In this document: positions 1 to 9,682 of the stretch, piece by piece
Layout of the letters: every line of letters begins with the position of its first letter
How positions within the stretch are numbered: the stretch's first letter is position 1
NCBI GenBank assembly: GCA_046484135.1
Contig: JAWOBU010000226.1
Span: 1-30,730, forward strand
DNA length: 30,730 bases
DNA from: a bacterium
GTDB lineage: Bacteria > RBG-13-61-14 > DATKZS01
Direction of reading: 5' to 3'
Made by a program: the position numbers and the translations under genes
The notes under the pieces: model-generated
Database searches by the model: none
Told to the model about the DNA's origin: nothing
Seen by the model: the letters and a program-made list of their open reading frames with translations, nothing else

Positions 1-351
1 GCGTATCAGGACACCTATGTGGCCGAGTGGTCGGTAAGCGGCTCCGGTCCTGCCGAGAGCAGCATGATGGCGGGAAGAGAAATAAGACTCGACCAAGCTC
101 CCCGCATCAGCTTCGCCCTGGACCACCCGGTAGAAGGAACAGTGATCGAGCTTATCCGGAACGGCGAAGTGATAAAGAAGGTAAAAGACTCTTCCATGGA
201 ATTCGTGGATCACGAGAGCGGCTCGGCCCGCGAGCCGGTGTACTACCGGGTCCACGTAACCGGACCGCGCGGCTCCTACACCAAGAAGGACGACTACCCC
301 ACTCATCCGGCGAGCCAGATCATCACCAACCCGGTGTTCGTGAGGTTCTAA
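1..351 (+). CDS. C-terminal part of a probable PHP/CehA-McbA-type metallohydrolase (5' truncated by the window edge)
   Basis: The frame is open from base 1 (AYQDTYVAEW...). The C-terminal pattern 'IELIRNGEVI...YYRVHV...IITNPVFV' is typical of the Ig-like tail of these proteins. Confidence 0.55.
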   Translation, partial: AYQDTYVAEWSVSGSGPAESSMMAGREIRLDQAPRISFALDHPVEGTVIELIRNGEVIKKVKDSSMEFVDHESGSAREPVYYRVHVTGPRGSYTKKDDYPTHPASQIITNPVFVRF

Positions 352-497
352 TCGGTCAGTACTTTCTCCGGCGTGCTTGTCTCTTCTTTAAATGCTTTTT
401 CAGAAAGTCTGAGTCATGGCGGCCGGAGCGACTTTAATTGAGGGGTGGTAAACAATCGTCCATTCCCGCCCCTATCGAGAACACGTTTGAAGGGGTT

Positions 498-1508
498 CTA
501 ACCCAAAAGTCCGAGCACTTCCTTTTTGGCGTCCCTTCCCGGCAGGTCCACTACATAGTCGGGCGCGATACCGCCATTGAGCTCTTTCGCCTTCCGATAT
601 GTTTCGGCGCCCTGTGGGAGTTCCATGTAAAAATGCAGGCATCCCCTGGCCCGGTCGGGATGATGGAGGTAGTAGGGCAGGATGCCGGCGGCAGCGGTTT
701 TATAAAAGAGCTCGGCCAGGACCTCGGGCGAGTCGTTTACGCCTTTTAACAGCACCGCCTGGTTCTCTGTCTTGATGCCGGAGTTCCCGAGCACGCGCGC
801 AGCCTCACGCGCTCTTTTAGTGACCTCGACCGGGTGGTTCATCTGCGTTACAAACCTTTTTACGCCGAACCCGGACATGGCGCGGGCCAGCCCGGCCGTG
901 ATGCGGGAGGGACAGGCCATGAGCGCGCGGGAATGGACGCGCAGCTTCTTTTTTCCGGGCAGGCCGTGAAGAGCCGCAAGGATTTGTAAAAGCCTCTCGT
1001 CCGGCAGTGCGAGCGGGTCCCCCCCGGACAGGATGACTTCCTTTATTTCAGGATGGTCGGCAAGGTAATTAATCCAGGCGGGCAGCCGGTCTGTGTCTGT
1101 TTCATCCCCATCGGACCAGAGCCGCTTTCGCATGCAGTGGCGGCAGCGCACCAGACAGTTATTGGTGGTGATGAGCAAGGCCCGGTCAGTATAGCGATGA
1201 AGCACTCCCGGCACGGCCGCAAACTTTGTCTCGCCTGCGGGGTCCTCGTCTCCGCCTTCGTCAAGCTCTTCCAGAGAGGGCACAACCTGTCGAAAGACCG
1301 GGTCGTTGAAAGAAGGCTTTGCAATAAGTTGCAAAAGCTCGCCGGGCGCTTGCGCCGGGTATCGTTTGATGACTTCCCGAAAAGCGCGGCCGGGCCGGAA
1401 GCCGGGAAAGCGGCTTTCGAGCTGCGCCGCGAGCCGCTTGGCATCGCCTTCACTCGCTTTACGAAAGCCCCGACGCTCTTTCAACGCCGATCTACTCATC
1501 CCGGTCAT
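498..1508 (-). CDS. KamA/EpmB-family radical SAM aminomutase (lysine 2,3-aminomutase-like)
   Basis: Motifs HRYTDR, CLVRCRHCMRK (CxxxCxxC), EVILSGGDPL, NHPVE, NQAVLLKGVND, PYYLH and YVVDLPGRDAK (PLP-Lys region). Overlaps the gcvPB stop; alternative start at 1499. Confidence 0.9.
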   Translation of the reverse strand: MTGMSRSALKERRGFRKASEGDAKRLAAQLESRFPGFRPGRAFREVIKRYPAQAPGELLQLIAKPSFNDPVFRQVVPSLEELDEGGDEDPAGETKFAAVPGVLHRYTDRALLITTNNCLVRCRHCMRKRLWSDGDETDTDRLPAWINYLADHPEIKEVILSGGDPLALPDERLLQILAALHGLPGKKKLRVHSRALMACPSRITAGLARAMSGFGVKRFVTQMNHPVEVTKRAREAARVLGNSGIKTENQAVLLKGVNDSPEVLAELFYKTAAAGILPYYLHHPDRARGCLHFYMELPQGAETYRKAKELNGGIAPDYVVDLPGRDAKKEVLGLLG

Positions 1509-2994
1509 CGCTGAACTGATATCTCAGCATGGGTTTTCGCGCGGCTTTGACCTCGTCGAGACGGGCCAGCGGAGTGGTGTGCGGCGCGGTCTTTACGGTC
1601 TCGGGATCGAGCGCGGCCTCTTTGGCGATCTGTTTCATGACCTCTGCGAAGCGCTCCAGGATGGCCTTGTCCTCGGTCTCGGTGGGTTCCGTCATGAGCG
1701 CGCCGTGGACCACCAGCGGAAAGTAGATGGTGGGAGGATGGAACCCGAAGTCCATGAGTCGTTTGGCGATGTCAATGGTTTCGACCTGGTTGGGCATCCT
1801 TTTGTCGGAGAACACGACCTCGTGCATGCAATGGTCCGGATGCGCGGTGTGATAGGTGTCGCGAAGAAGGACCCGCAAGTAGTTGGCGTTCAAGACCGCC
1901 ATGCGGGACGCCTGCTTGATCCCTTCCGGCCCCATGCGGCGAAGGTAGGCGTATGCTTTGACCATGACCAGGAAATGGCCGTAGTAAGTTGTCATCCGGC
2001 CGATGCTGTTTTCCAGGCTCCAGTCGAGGTATGGCTTGCTTTCCTTGTCTTTGCGCAGCACGGGCAGAGGCAGGAAAGGCAGGAGCTTTTCGCTCACTCC
2101 CACCGGGCCGGAGCCGGGCCCGCCTCCTCCGTGGGGAGTTGCAAAGGTCTTGTGAAGGTTGAACTGGATCACGTCCACCCCTGCGTCGCCCGGGCGGGTG
2201 ATGCCCATGGTGGCGTTCAGGTTGGCCCCGTCGCAGTAGAGCAGGGCGTCGTGGCTGTGGAGCAGCTCCGCGATGTCGGCTATGTCGGACTCGAACAGTC
2301 CCAGGGTGTTGGGGTTTGTCATCATGAGCGCAGCCACGTCTTCATCCATGTGCTCGGCAATGGTGTCGGCCTTCAGGATGCCGGCCTTCGAGGTTTTTAT
2401 CTCCCGCACTTCGTATCCTGCGAGCGCAGAGCTGGCCGGGTTGGTCCCGTGGGCGGTGTCCGGTATGAGCACCTTTTTTCTGGGATGTCCTTTGCTTTCG
2501 TGATAGGCCCGGATCATGAGCATGCCGGTAAGCTCGCCCTGTGCGCCTGCCGCGGGCGAAAGACAGACGTGCTCCATGCCGGCTATTTCCTCGAGCATCT
2601 CCTGCAAGCCGGCCATGAGCAGGAGCGCGCCTTCCACGGTCTTTTCGGGCTGCTCCGGATGCAGCTCCCGGAAGCCGGGCAGGGACGCCAGGTGCTCGCC
2701 GAGTTTGGGGTTATACTTCATGGTGCAGGAACCTAATGGATAGAAACCGTGGTCCACACCGAAGTTCCAGGAAGAGAGACGGCTGAAATGTTGCACCACC
2801 CTGCGCTCCGTGATCTCGGGCAGCCGCGGCAGTCGTTGGCGGGAAAGCCCTTCCGGCAGGTCGCGAGAAGAAAGATCGAGATCAACGTCCGGCCGGATGA
2901 GTCCCTTGCCCTGCTCGCCGCCTTCCCGGGTGCGCTCGAATATGACCGGCTCTTCCCAGCCAAGCCCCTGCCGTTTGTTCCAGTTACTTTCCAT
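1492..2994 (-). CDS. gcvPB: Glycine dehydrogenase (decarboxylating) subunit 2
   Basis: YPLGSCTMKYNP, AHGTNPAS, TNPNTLGLFE, NLHKTFATPHGGGGPG (PLP lysine), GFHPPT and EPTETE. Confidence 0.97.
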   Translation of the reverse strand: MESNWNKRQGLGWEEPVIFERTREGGEQGKGLIRPDVDLDLSSRDLPEGLSRQRLPRLPEITERRVVQHFSRLSSWNFGVDHGFYPLGSCTMKYNPKLGEHLASLPGFRELHPEQPEKTVEGALLLMAGLQEMLEEIAGMEHVCLSPAAGAQGELTGMLMIRAYHESKGHPRKKVLIPDTAHGTNPASSALAGYEVREIKTSKAGILKADTIAEHMDEDVAALMMTNPNTLGLFESDIADIAELLHSHDALLYCDGANLNATMGITRPGDAGVDVIQFNLHKTFATPHGGGGPGSGPVGVSEKLLPFLPLPVLRKDKESKPYLDWSLENSIGRMTTYYGHFLVMVKAYAYLRRMGPEGIKQASRMAVLNANYLRVLLRDTYHTAHPDHCMHEVVFSDKRMPNQVETIDIAKRLMDFGFHPPTIYFPLVVHGALMTEPTETEDKAILERFAEVMKQIAKEAALDPETVKTAPHTTPLARLDEVKAARKPMLRYQFSDDRDE

Positions 2995-2998
2995 GTTC

Positions 2999-4357
2999 TC
3001 ACTCCGCGAGAGACATCTTCAGGTCCCGGGCGAACCGGTCCAGGTCGTCCTTGCACAGCATCTCGGTGGCTGTTATAAGCAGGTGGGTATCGAGCTCTGG
3101 GAACTTCTCTTTAAGGGGGATGCCGGCGAGGTGTCCTTTTTCCAGCATCTTTTCGATTACGGGTCCGGGGTCTTGTGAGAGATCGAGCACGAACTCGTTG
3201 AAGGTGGGGCTTGCGAATGCGAGTTTTCCCGCTCCTTCCTCTTCAAGCCTCTGTTTCAGGTACTCGCAGTTGGCCCGGTTGGTCCGCGCTATCTCTTCGA
3301 GTCCTTCCGGTCCGGTAAGGCTCATGTAGATTGCCGCGGCCAGGGCCATTAGACCCTGGTTAGTGCAGATATTGGAGGTCGCCTTTCCCCTCCGGATGTG
3401 CTGCTCGCGGGTGGCCAGGGTGAGCACGAATCCTTGCCTGCCGTCCCGGTCCGTGGTCATGCCGGCCAGCCTTCCCGGCATCTTGCGCTTGTCCTCCCAC
3501 CGGCAGGCGAAAAGACCCAGGTGAGGACCGCCGAACCCCATGGGTATGCCCAGGCTCTGGCCCTCCGCCGCCACTATGTCGGCGCCGAAAGAACCGGGCG
3601 GCTCCAGCATGCCCATGGCCAGGGGCTCGCTGGTGACCGTTATCAGGACCGGCTCGCTTTCTTTGCATATCTCGCCGATCTCGTCCATGCGCTCGAGCAC
3701 GCCGAAGTAGTTCGGGTGCTGGACCATGATCGCGACCGCGTCGCTTGCGTCTTTGCGCAGGCGGTCCAGGTCCAGTCTTCCGGAAGGATAGAACTCGACT
3801 TCTTCGACATCGCGGTCAAGCCGGGCCAGGTAGGTCTCTACGGTCCGCTTGTAAAGCGGGTTCAAAGAGGATGCCACCAGTATCTTGCCGGTTTTGTTTT
3901 TAGGACGAATGCGAAGCGCCATGAGCGTGGCCTCTGCCGCGGCCTGGGCGCCGTCGTACATGCTGGCGTTCGCGACCTCCATGCCGAACAGCTCGCACAC
4001 CATGGTCTGGAACTCGAACATGGCCTGGAGGGTCCCTTGGCTGAACTCCGCCTGGTAGGGGGTATAGGAGGTGTAGAACTCGGACCGGGAAAGAAGATGC
4101 GGCACCGCGGGCGGGATGTAATGATGATAGGTGCCTCCGCCCAAAAAGCAGAGAAGCCGGCTGCAATCCAGGTTCCGCTCGGCAAGACCGGTTACCGCCC
4201 GTATCACGTCCTGCTCGGAAAGGGACTCGGGCAAGGCGGGCTCGTGCGTCTGCCGGATTTTTTCCGGGATGGAAGAGAAAAGCTCCTCGATGGACTCGAC
4301 CCCGATCTGGGAGAGCATCTCCTCAATGTCTTCGTCCGTATGAGGAATATAAGGCAT
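2999..4357 (-). CDS. gcvPA: Glycine dehydrogenase (decarboxylating) subunit 1
   Basis: MPYIPHT, EFYTSYTPYQAEFSQGTLQ, ANASMYDG, GFGGPHLG and REQHIRRGKATSNICTNQ. Confidence 0.97.
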   Translation of the reverse strand: MPYIPHTDEDIEEMLSQIGVESIEELFSSIPEKIRQTHEPALPESLSEQDVIRAVTGLAERNLDCSRLLCFLGGGTYHHYIPPAVPHLLSRSEFYTSYTPYQAEFSQGTLQAMFEFQTMVCELFGMEVANASMYDGAQAAAEATLMALRIRPKNKTGKILVASSLNPLYKRTVETYLARLDRDVEEVEFYPSGRLDLDRLRKDASDAVAIMVQHPNYFGVLERMDEIGEICKESEPVLITVTSEPLAMGMLEPPGSFGADIVAAEGQSLGIPMGFGGPHLGLFACRWEDKRKMPGRLAGMTTDRDGRQGFVLTLATREQHIRRGKATSNICTNQGLMALAAAIYMSLTGPEGLEEIARTNRANCEYLKQRLEEEGAGKLAFASPTFNEFVLDLSQDPGPVIEKMLEKGHLAGIPLKEKFPELDTHLLITATEMLCKDDLDRFARDLKMSLAE

Positions 4358-4392
4358 TTTGCGCCTCCCTACTTTTGAAAACCCCGGCCTCC

Positions 4393-5505
4393 TTACGTAC
4401 AGCCGAGCTCGGTCTTGCCCGTGTCTTTATAAAAAGGCCATTTCGCAATCCGCGCTTTCTTCTGCCTGCCGCGGATTTCTACCTTTATCTCGGTGTCTTC
4501 CTCGCTCTGGTCCGGGGGCACGTAACCCATGGCAACCGGAGCTTCCAGAGAAGGCGTCTTGGTCCCGCTGGTTACGACACCCTCGCCCGATTTTGTAACG
4601 ATCCGGCAGCCTTCGCGCGCTACTCCGGGTTCCTCCATGAAAAGCCCGGCCCGCTTTCTGGACACGCCCTTGTGCTTTTGTTCGGAAAGGACTTGCTTGC
4701 CCACAAAGTCTTTTTTATAGGCGGCCGCGATCCACTCGAGGGACGCTTCTAAAGGTGTTGTTTCCGGGGTGATGTCGTGTCCGTGCAGGGGGTGTCCCAT
4801 TTCCAGCCGCAGGGTGTCCCTTGCTCCCAGCCCGCACGGAAGGACCCCGCACTCCTCGCCGGAGTCCATGATAATGTCCCACACCCGCACGGCGTCCTCC
4901 GGTGCGACAAAAAGCTCGAAGCCGTCCTCCCCGGTGTAGCCGGTGCGGGAGGCCAACAGGTTTGCGCCGTCCACTTCCAGCGGTGCGATCTTGTTGTGCA
5001 TGATGGTGGAAGGGTCCGTGCCTGCCGCCCTGAACAGGGTCTCTTCGGCCCGAGGCCCCTGCACGGCTATAAGTGCCCACCTGTCGCTTTCGTCGGATAT
5101 CTCGCAGTCGGTACGTGGAAGTGATGAGAGCCACTCGTAATCGGTTTCTATATTTGCGGCGTTCACACACAAGAGGAACTCGTCTTCTTCCAGGCGATAG
5201 ATAAACAGGTCGTCAATAAACCCTGCCTGGTGGTTCAAAAGTGCGGTGTACTGTGCCGATCCTTTGCGGAGGCGCTCGGCGTCGTTGGCAAGGGCGTACT
5301 GCAGGAAGGGCAGGGCGCCTTTGCCCCTGATCCTGATTTCTCCCATGTGGCTTACGTCGAAGACGCCGACATTGTTCCGGACCGCCAGGTGTTCGTCCTT
5401 GATGCCGCTGTACTGTACCGGGAGCTCCCATCCTCCAAAGTCCACCAGCCGGGCGTTATAACGCTCGTACAGGGGAAACAACGGAGTTCTTTTTAAAGTG
5501 GACAT
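4393..5505 (-). CDS. gcvT: Glycine cleavage system aminomethyltransferase T
   Basis: LKRTPL, FDVSHMG, SRTGYTGEDGFE and GLGARDTLRLE. Start placed at ATG 5505 behind a GGAGGAGG RBS. Confidence 0.96.
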   Translation of the reverse strand: MSTLKRTPLFPLYERYNARLVDFGGWELPVQYSGIKDEHLAVRNNVGVFDVSHMGEIRIRGKGALPFLQYALANDAERLRKGSAQYTALLNHQAGFIDDLFIYRLEEDEFLLCVNAANIETDYEWLSSLPRTDCEISDESDRWALIAVQGPRAEETLFRAAGTDPSTIMHNKIAPLEVDGANLLASRTGYTGEDGFELFVAPEDAVRVWDIIMDSGEECGVLPCGLGARDTLRLEMGHPLHGHDITPETTPLEASLEWIAAAYKKDFVGKQVLSEQKHKGVSRKRAGLFMEEPGVAREGCRIVTKSGEGVVTSGTKTPSLEAPVAMGYVPPDQSEEDTEIKVEIRGRQKKARIAKWPFYKDTGKTELGCT

Positions 5506-5655
5506 GTCCTCCTCCATGTTAGCACGGGAGCCCGCCGCAGTGATAAGAGGGGCGCCGGTTTTAAGACGGCATGTTGAAAGACCGCGGCCTTGTTGTAAAC
5601 GGGATGAGCGCCGGCCGGGACCGGAATGTTCTTTGCGGTTTTGTGCGGGCGCGGT

Positions 5656-6555
5656 TCAATCGCCGGTTTGTCCGCCGGAAACGCCCGTACTGCTCCCCGG
5701 TTTTCGGGCGTGCTTCTCATACTCGTTGATGTAGTGAAGAATTCTTTTGGCGTTGGCGTCTTTTCCCGTCTTTGCGGCCCGGCTGGCATAGTTTCTCGCC
5801 TTTTCAAAGTCCTCCCGATACTCGAGGTGGATCACGGATAGAATAAGGAGGGACTGGTAGTCATCCGGGTCTTGTTCGAGCACCTTCTCCAGCTCTTTAA
5901 TGCAACTTTTTATCCGGTCATTTTCATAGTACACCTGGGCCAGGTTCTTGTGCGCGTCAATGGATTGGGGATCAAGCTCCAGTGCTTTCTGCAGGCTCTT
6001 TATGGCCTCGGCCGGGATTCCCAACTTCCGGTAGCCGTATCCCAGGTTGTTATGGACCTTTATATTGGACGGGTCCTTTTGGCGGGCCTCTTTTAAAAGC
6101 TCGATGGCCCTGGAGTAGCTGCCGAAATAAAGATAGGCGGCAGCAAGGTTGTTCAGGTCGCTTGCGCTTCTGTCGGAAAGCGAGAGAGCTTTTCTGCAGT
6201 GTTTGATCGCGTTTTCCGATTGCTTCTTTATAAGGCTGAACCTGCACGCCCCCCGCTGGGTAAGGTACTGGTCGGGAGCCTTGACCAGGAGGGAAGAAAG
6301 CAACTGGTCCGCTTTCTTCATCTCGCGGTCTTCCAGGTAAAGGTGCAGAAGCCATCCCCTGGCTTTCGCGTTCTCCGGCCCTTCTTCCACGAGCTCCTCG
6401 AGCTCTTCTTTCGCGCCCGCCGGGCGGTTGCCCGCTTCCAGCTTCGCGACCAGGTCGCCTCCCAGCAGGTTTCCGAACACGGCAAGGCCGCCCAGAGCCA
6501 GGGCCAGGCAAACCAGCGTAATAACCGCCTTTGTCTCCGAGCTTAATTTCTTCAT
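5656..6555 (-). CDS. Membrane-anchored tetratricopeptide repeat protein
   Basis: N-terminal hydrophobic helix followed by several TPR units (NNLAAAY...A, NNLGYGY...A, NLAQVY...). Confidence 0.85.
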   Translation of the reverse strand: MKKLSSETKAVITLVCLALALGGLAVFGNLLGGDLVAKLEAGNRPAGAKEELEELVEEGPENAKARGWLLHLYLEDREMKKADQLLSSLLVKAPDQYLTQRGACRFSLIKKQSENAIKHCRKALSLSDRSASDLNNLAAAYLYFGSYSRAIELLKEARQKDPSNIKVHNNLGYGYRKLGIPAEAIKSLQKALELDPQSIDAHKNLAQVYYENDRIKSCIKELEKVLEQDPDDYQSLLILSVIHLEYREDFEKARNYASRAAKTGKDANAKRILHYINEYEKHARKPGSSTGVSGGQTGD

Positions 6556-6687
6556 AATATGTGTATTTTAATGCAATATGGACGCACGTGCCAAAAGAAC
6601 TGAAGAGGAAGGGCGGGAAAAGCTCAGCATCAGGGCTCTTGCACGTAGATGGTTTCCTATAGTTTCAGAAGAAGTTGTGTTTTTAGA

Positions 6688-6709
6688 TCGCGACTGAAGT
6701 CGCTCGCAC
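6688..6709 (-). repeat. REP-like palindrome, family A, copy 1 (GTGCGAGCGACTTCAGTCGCGA on minus)
   Basis: Near-identical 22-mers at 6688, 11525, 26914 and 30121, all intergenic, each with a hairpin GCG(A/G)CT-NN-AG(T/C)CGC. Confidence 0.8.
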
Positions 6710-6738
6710 TTGCTTATGAATACGTAAACACGTTTCGT

Positions 6739-6912
6739 TTACGAGTACTTTCTTTTTATCTGTTCTCTCTCCTCTTCGGGAAGGGATTTAAGGTATGCCT
6801 TCCAGCCGGGACAGAACTTGATGTGGAACTTCCACAGCCTTCCTAAAATAGACTTCGGGTTTTTGTCGTACTTCGCTCGTAGCGGGCATTCCGGGCATTT
6901 GGGAGAAGCCAT
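6739..6912 (-). CDS. Small (57 aa) Cys/His-containing hypothetical protein
   Basis: ATG 6912 preceded by an AGGAG RBS. Sequence MASPKCPECPLRAKYDKNPKSILGRLWKFHIKFCPGWKAYL... contains CxxC and HxxxCPGW. Confidence 0.8.
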   Translation of the reverse strand: MASPKCPECPLRAKYDKNPKSILGRLWKFHIKFCPGWKAYLKSLPEEEREQIKRKYS

Positions 6913-7047
6913 GTTTCCGCTCCTTTCCGGGACAGGGTTTTGTTTCTCACTGAGGCGCGCAAAGATAAAACCAGGAAATTTGCGCACCGGCGAGTCGGCG
7001 TAATAAGGTCCTTTTCCTCCGTTTCATGGAGCCATGTTTAGTCCTCG

Positions 7048-8955
7048 CTATTTCGCCGCCTTCAGCATGGCGACAAAGCCGCCCCCGCTTTTCAGCTCGA
7101 CCGGCAGGGTGGCCGTTTTCGGCAGCAGCCTCTTCTCTTTCTTGAAGGCGTCGGGTCGAAGGTCGTGGTCATAGAGCAGTATTGACTCGTACATTCCGTC
7201 GTCCAGGAAACCGAGGTCAACCTCGGTTTGCCGTGTCGAGGGCCCGTTGGTTATTCCTATATACCAGTTTTCTTCTTTGCGCCGTGCCAGTGCGGCGCAC
7301 TCGCCGAGCTTGCTTGGAGGCAGCACAACGGTCTGGTCCCACACGGTGGGCAGCTCTTTCATGATGGGGAGTGCCGGCTCTGCCGCCTTGTTCGCGAGGT
7401 AGTTCTCCGGCCGGTCAGCGTAGTGGGTTACGGGCGAGAACAGGGTTATGGCGAGCGCGAGCTGATGGGCGTAAGAGGTGTCGCCCAGCTTGGCGAGGTC
7501 AAAGGTTACGGGTGTGTAATCTCCGTGCCCTGCCAGAAAGCGGGTAAAGGGAAGGATGGCGTTGTGCCGTGGCGGGAGTGGTCTTCCGAAGCGGTTGTAC
7601 TCGAGGCCTTTTACTCCTTCCCTGGTCATCTCGTGAGGCCAGGTGCGGGACTCGCCCGCCGGCTTGTTGGCCCCGTGGAAGTTGACCATGAGCTGCCGCG
7701 CCGCGGTGTCTCGCAGGCATTTTTCATAGAACTCGATCATCTGTTTCGATTCGCTGTCCATGTAATCGATCTTCACTCCCACCACGCCGGTGTCCTTGAT
7801 CCTGTCCAGGAACTCCCGCCGGTAAGAGTCGAACCGGAGCTTGCTCCAGCTCTTCCACGCCCACACGTCCACGCCGCGCTTTTTCGAGTAGTCCACCACC
7901 TCGGCGAGCTCTTTCCATTTGCCGAGACCGAGCCCCCACCACTCCCAGCCCGCGTCCACCAGGATGTACTCGAACCCGAGCCGGGAAGCGGCGTCAGCAT
8001 ATCGCTTCTGTCGCGCAACATCACCCGTGTCTTCCGACCACCACGACCACAAAGACCGCCCCGGTCGTATCCACTCCTCCGATTCCGAGAAAAGCGCCGG
8101 GTCCGGGTCGGGCGAGACGTGATAGACAATGTCGCAGTTCACCAGGCCGTCCAAAGAATCACAGACCATGACCACCCGCCAGGGGGTTTTTATCTCCCCT
8201 TGCTCGGGCTTTACCGTCCAGCTATCGTCATCCTCGAAAAGGGCGGCCAGGCCTTGTTCCCCGCGAGCACGCAAGGTCATGCCACTGTAATCGTAAAGCG
8301 CGGCTTCGGTAATGGCGGCGTATCCTCCGCCCGGAAGCTCAAAGGTTACCGGCATTCCCATTTTGCCGGTGAGGTTTTTGAACCTCTCGCTCTTAAAGAT
8401 GCCCTCGTAGTTGCTGGTGTCCCGCTGGAAATGGACTTTGCTCTCACCCGGCAAGGAGAAGGAAGTAGCCTCGCCGGTAAAGGTAAGCGGCTTGTCCGCA
8501 TGGACCCGGTAGCGGAAAGCCAGACCGTTGTCATATATCCGGACCTCGAGGTCAAAAGAGGGCCTGCCGGAAGGACTTTTCAAAGGGACCAGTGCGTTCC
8601 GGCAATGCTCGGTGGTCTCCGAGTGCGCGCTGCGAATATCGTACTCCCGCCGGACAGTTACAGCGGAGACCGAAGAAGGCATTTTAACACCGGCGCCCAG
8701 GTCGTTCTCCTCAACCTCGACTCCCAGGCGCGAGCCTTCCACCACCGCGTCGCTCTTCCGGAAAAGGTCGTATCGCAAAAGACCGGAGCCATCGCGGTAA
8801 AGACGCAGCCGAAGGTTTCCGCCGGGGCTCGTGATTGACAGGGCGCCGTCTTTCGACCGGACAATCTCTTTTGTTTGCGCCCGCAAGGAAAGCTTGGGGA
8901 AGGCAATCACTGAGGCCCCGACACCGGCGGCGCTGATGAAATTTCTCCTGTCCAT
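7048..8955 (-). CDS. Tat-exported glycoside hydrolase family 97 (probably retaining type)
   Basis: MDRRNF twin-arginine signal after an AGGAG RBS. GH97 motifs TPWRV, WSWW, YILVDAGW, GVKIDY, NFHG..KP.G..RTWP, REGV.G.E, PFTRFLAG..DYTP and LPTVWD.T. Confidence 0.92.
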   Translation of the reverse strand: MDRRNFISAAGVGASVIAFPKLSLRAQTKEIVRSKDGALSITSPGGNLRLRLYRDGSGLLRYDLFRKSDAVVEGSRLGVEVEENDLGAGVKMPSSVSAVTVRREYDIRSAHSETTEHCRNALVPLKSPSGRPSFDLEVRIYDNGLAFRYRVHADKPLTFTGEATSFSLPGESKVHFQRDTSNYEGIFKSERFKNLTGKMGMPVTFELPGGGYAAITEAALYDYSGMTLRARGEQGLAALFEDDDSWTVKPEQGEIKTPWRVVMVCDSLDGLVNCDIVYHVSPDPDPALFSESEEWIRPGRSLWSWWSEDTGDVARQKRYADAASRLGFEYILVDAGWEWWGLGLGKWKELAEVVDYSKKRGVDVWAWKSWSKLRFDSYRREFLDRIKDTGVVGVKIDYMDSESKQMIEFYEKCLRDTAARQLMVNFHGANKPAGESRTWPHEMTREGVKGLEYNRFGRPLPPRHNAILPFTRFLAGHGDYTPVTFDLAKLGDTSYAHQLALAITLFSPVTHYADRPENYLANKAAEPALPIMKELPTVWDQTVVLPPSKLGECAALARRKEENWYIGITNGPSTRQTEVDLGFLDDGMYESILLYDHDLRPDAFKKEKRLLPKTATLPVELKSGGGFVAMLKAAK

Positions 8956-9064
8956 TTGATCTCCTTTCCGGGCACTTCTTACCGGTTGAAATACTCGCGA
9001 AATTTGCATTAATTAAGATAGTTATGTATAATTTATTATAAATTGTGGAAACTTTAAAAAAGAT

Positions 9065-9682
9065 ATGTACATATCAAAATTATCTCTGGTGCTGGCGAGC
9101 GGATCACCGCGCCGGAAAGAAATATTATCAGGTTTGGGGATTACTTACAAGGTAGTTCCGAGCGGCTTGGATGAAAACAGCGAGGGGCTTGAGGAAGGCC
9201 CGGAGCTTTACAGCCAAAAGTGGGCGGAGCGAAAGGCCCTGGCGGTTTACGAGCGGCTTTCCGAGCCGGAGGCGTGGTACCTTGCTGTTGATACGGTGGT
9301 GGTGCTGGACGAGAGGATCATGGGCAAGCCGTCGGGCCGGTCGGAGGCTTTCGAGTACCTGTCTTGTTTGTCCGGCAGGTGGCACCGGGTGGTAAGCGGC
9401 TACTGCATCTATCATCCGTGTTCGTCGGAAAAGCTGTTGCGGTCGGTTAGTTCCGATGTGAAGTTCAAGGAGCTTGACAGGTCCGAGATCGAGGCTTACA
9501 CCAACACGGAAGAGCCTTTTGACAAGGCGGGGGGATACGCGGTGCAGGGAGTAGGCGCTTTTATGGTGGAGGCGATCAGGGGGAGCTACACCAACGTGGT
9601 AGGCATCCCTCTTTGCGAGGTGGTGGATGATCTCCGCCGCCTGGATGTTATCGAGGTAGACTCGGGCAAGGGTCTTAAGTAG
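9065..9682 (+). CDS. maf: Maf-family nucleoside triphosphate pyrophosphatase
   Basis: LVLASGSPRRKEIL, DTVVVLD..IMGKP, EPFDKAGGYAVQG and GSYTNVVGIP. Confidence 0.95.
   Translation: MYISKLSLVLASGSPRRKEILSGLGITYKVVPSGLDENSEGLEEGPELYSQKWAERKALAVYERLSEPEAWYLAVDTVVVLDERIMGKPSGRSEAFEYLSCLSGRWHRVVSGYCIYHPCSSEKLLRSVSSDVKFKELDRSEIEAYTNTEEPFDKAGGYAVQGVGAFMVEAIRGSYTNVVGIPLCEVVDDLRRLDVIEVDSGKGLK

Noticed and set aside
1306..2736. Long plus-strand ORF (476 aa); likewise 3398-4378, 7228-8838, 15983-17143, 23109-23927 and 26936-27793
   Set aside because: These are antisense shadows of well-supported genes in GC-rich DNA and have no recognisable motifs.
5506..5655. Glycine riboswitch upstream of gcvT
   Set aside because: No GGAGA..GCCGAAG..CUCUCAGG aptamer motifs on the minus strand.
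6572..6594. Sigma54-like TGGCAC...TTGCA upstream of the TPR gene
   Set aside because: The GG-to-GC spacing is too long for a -24/-12 promoter.
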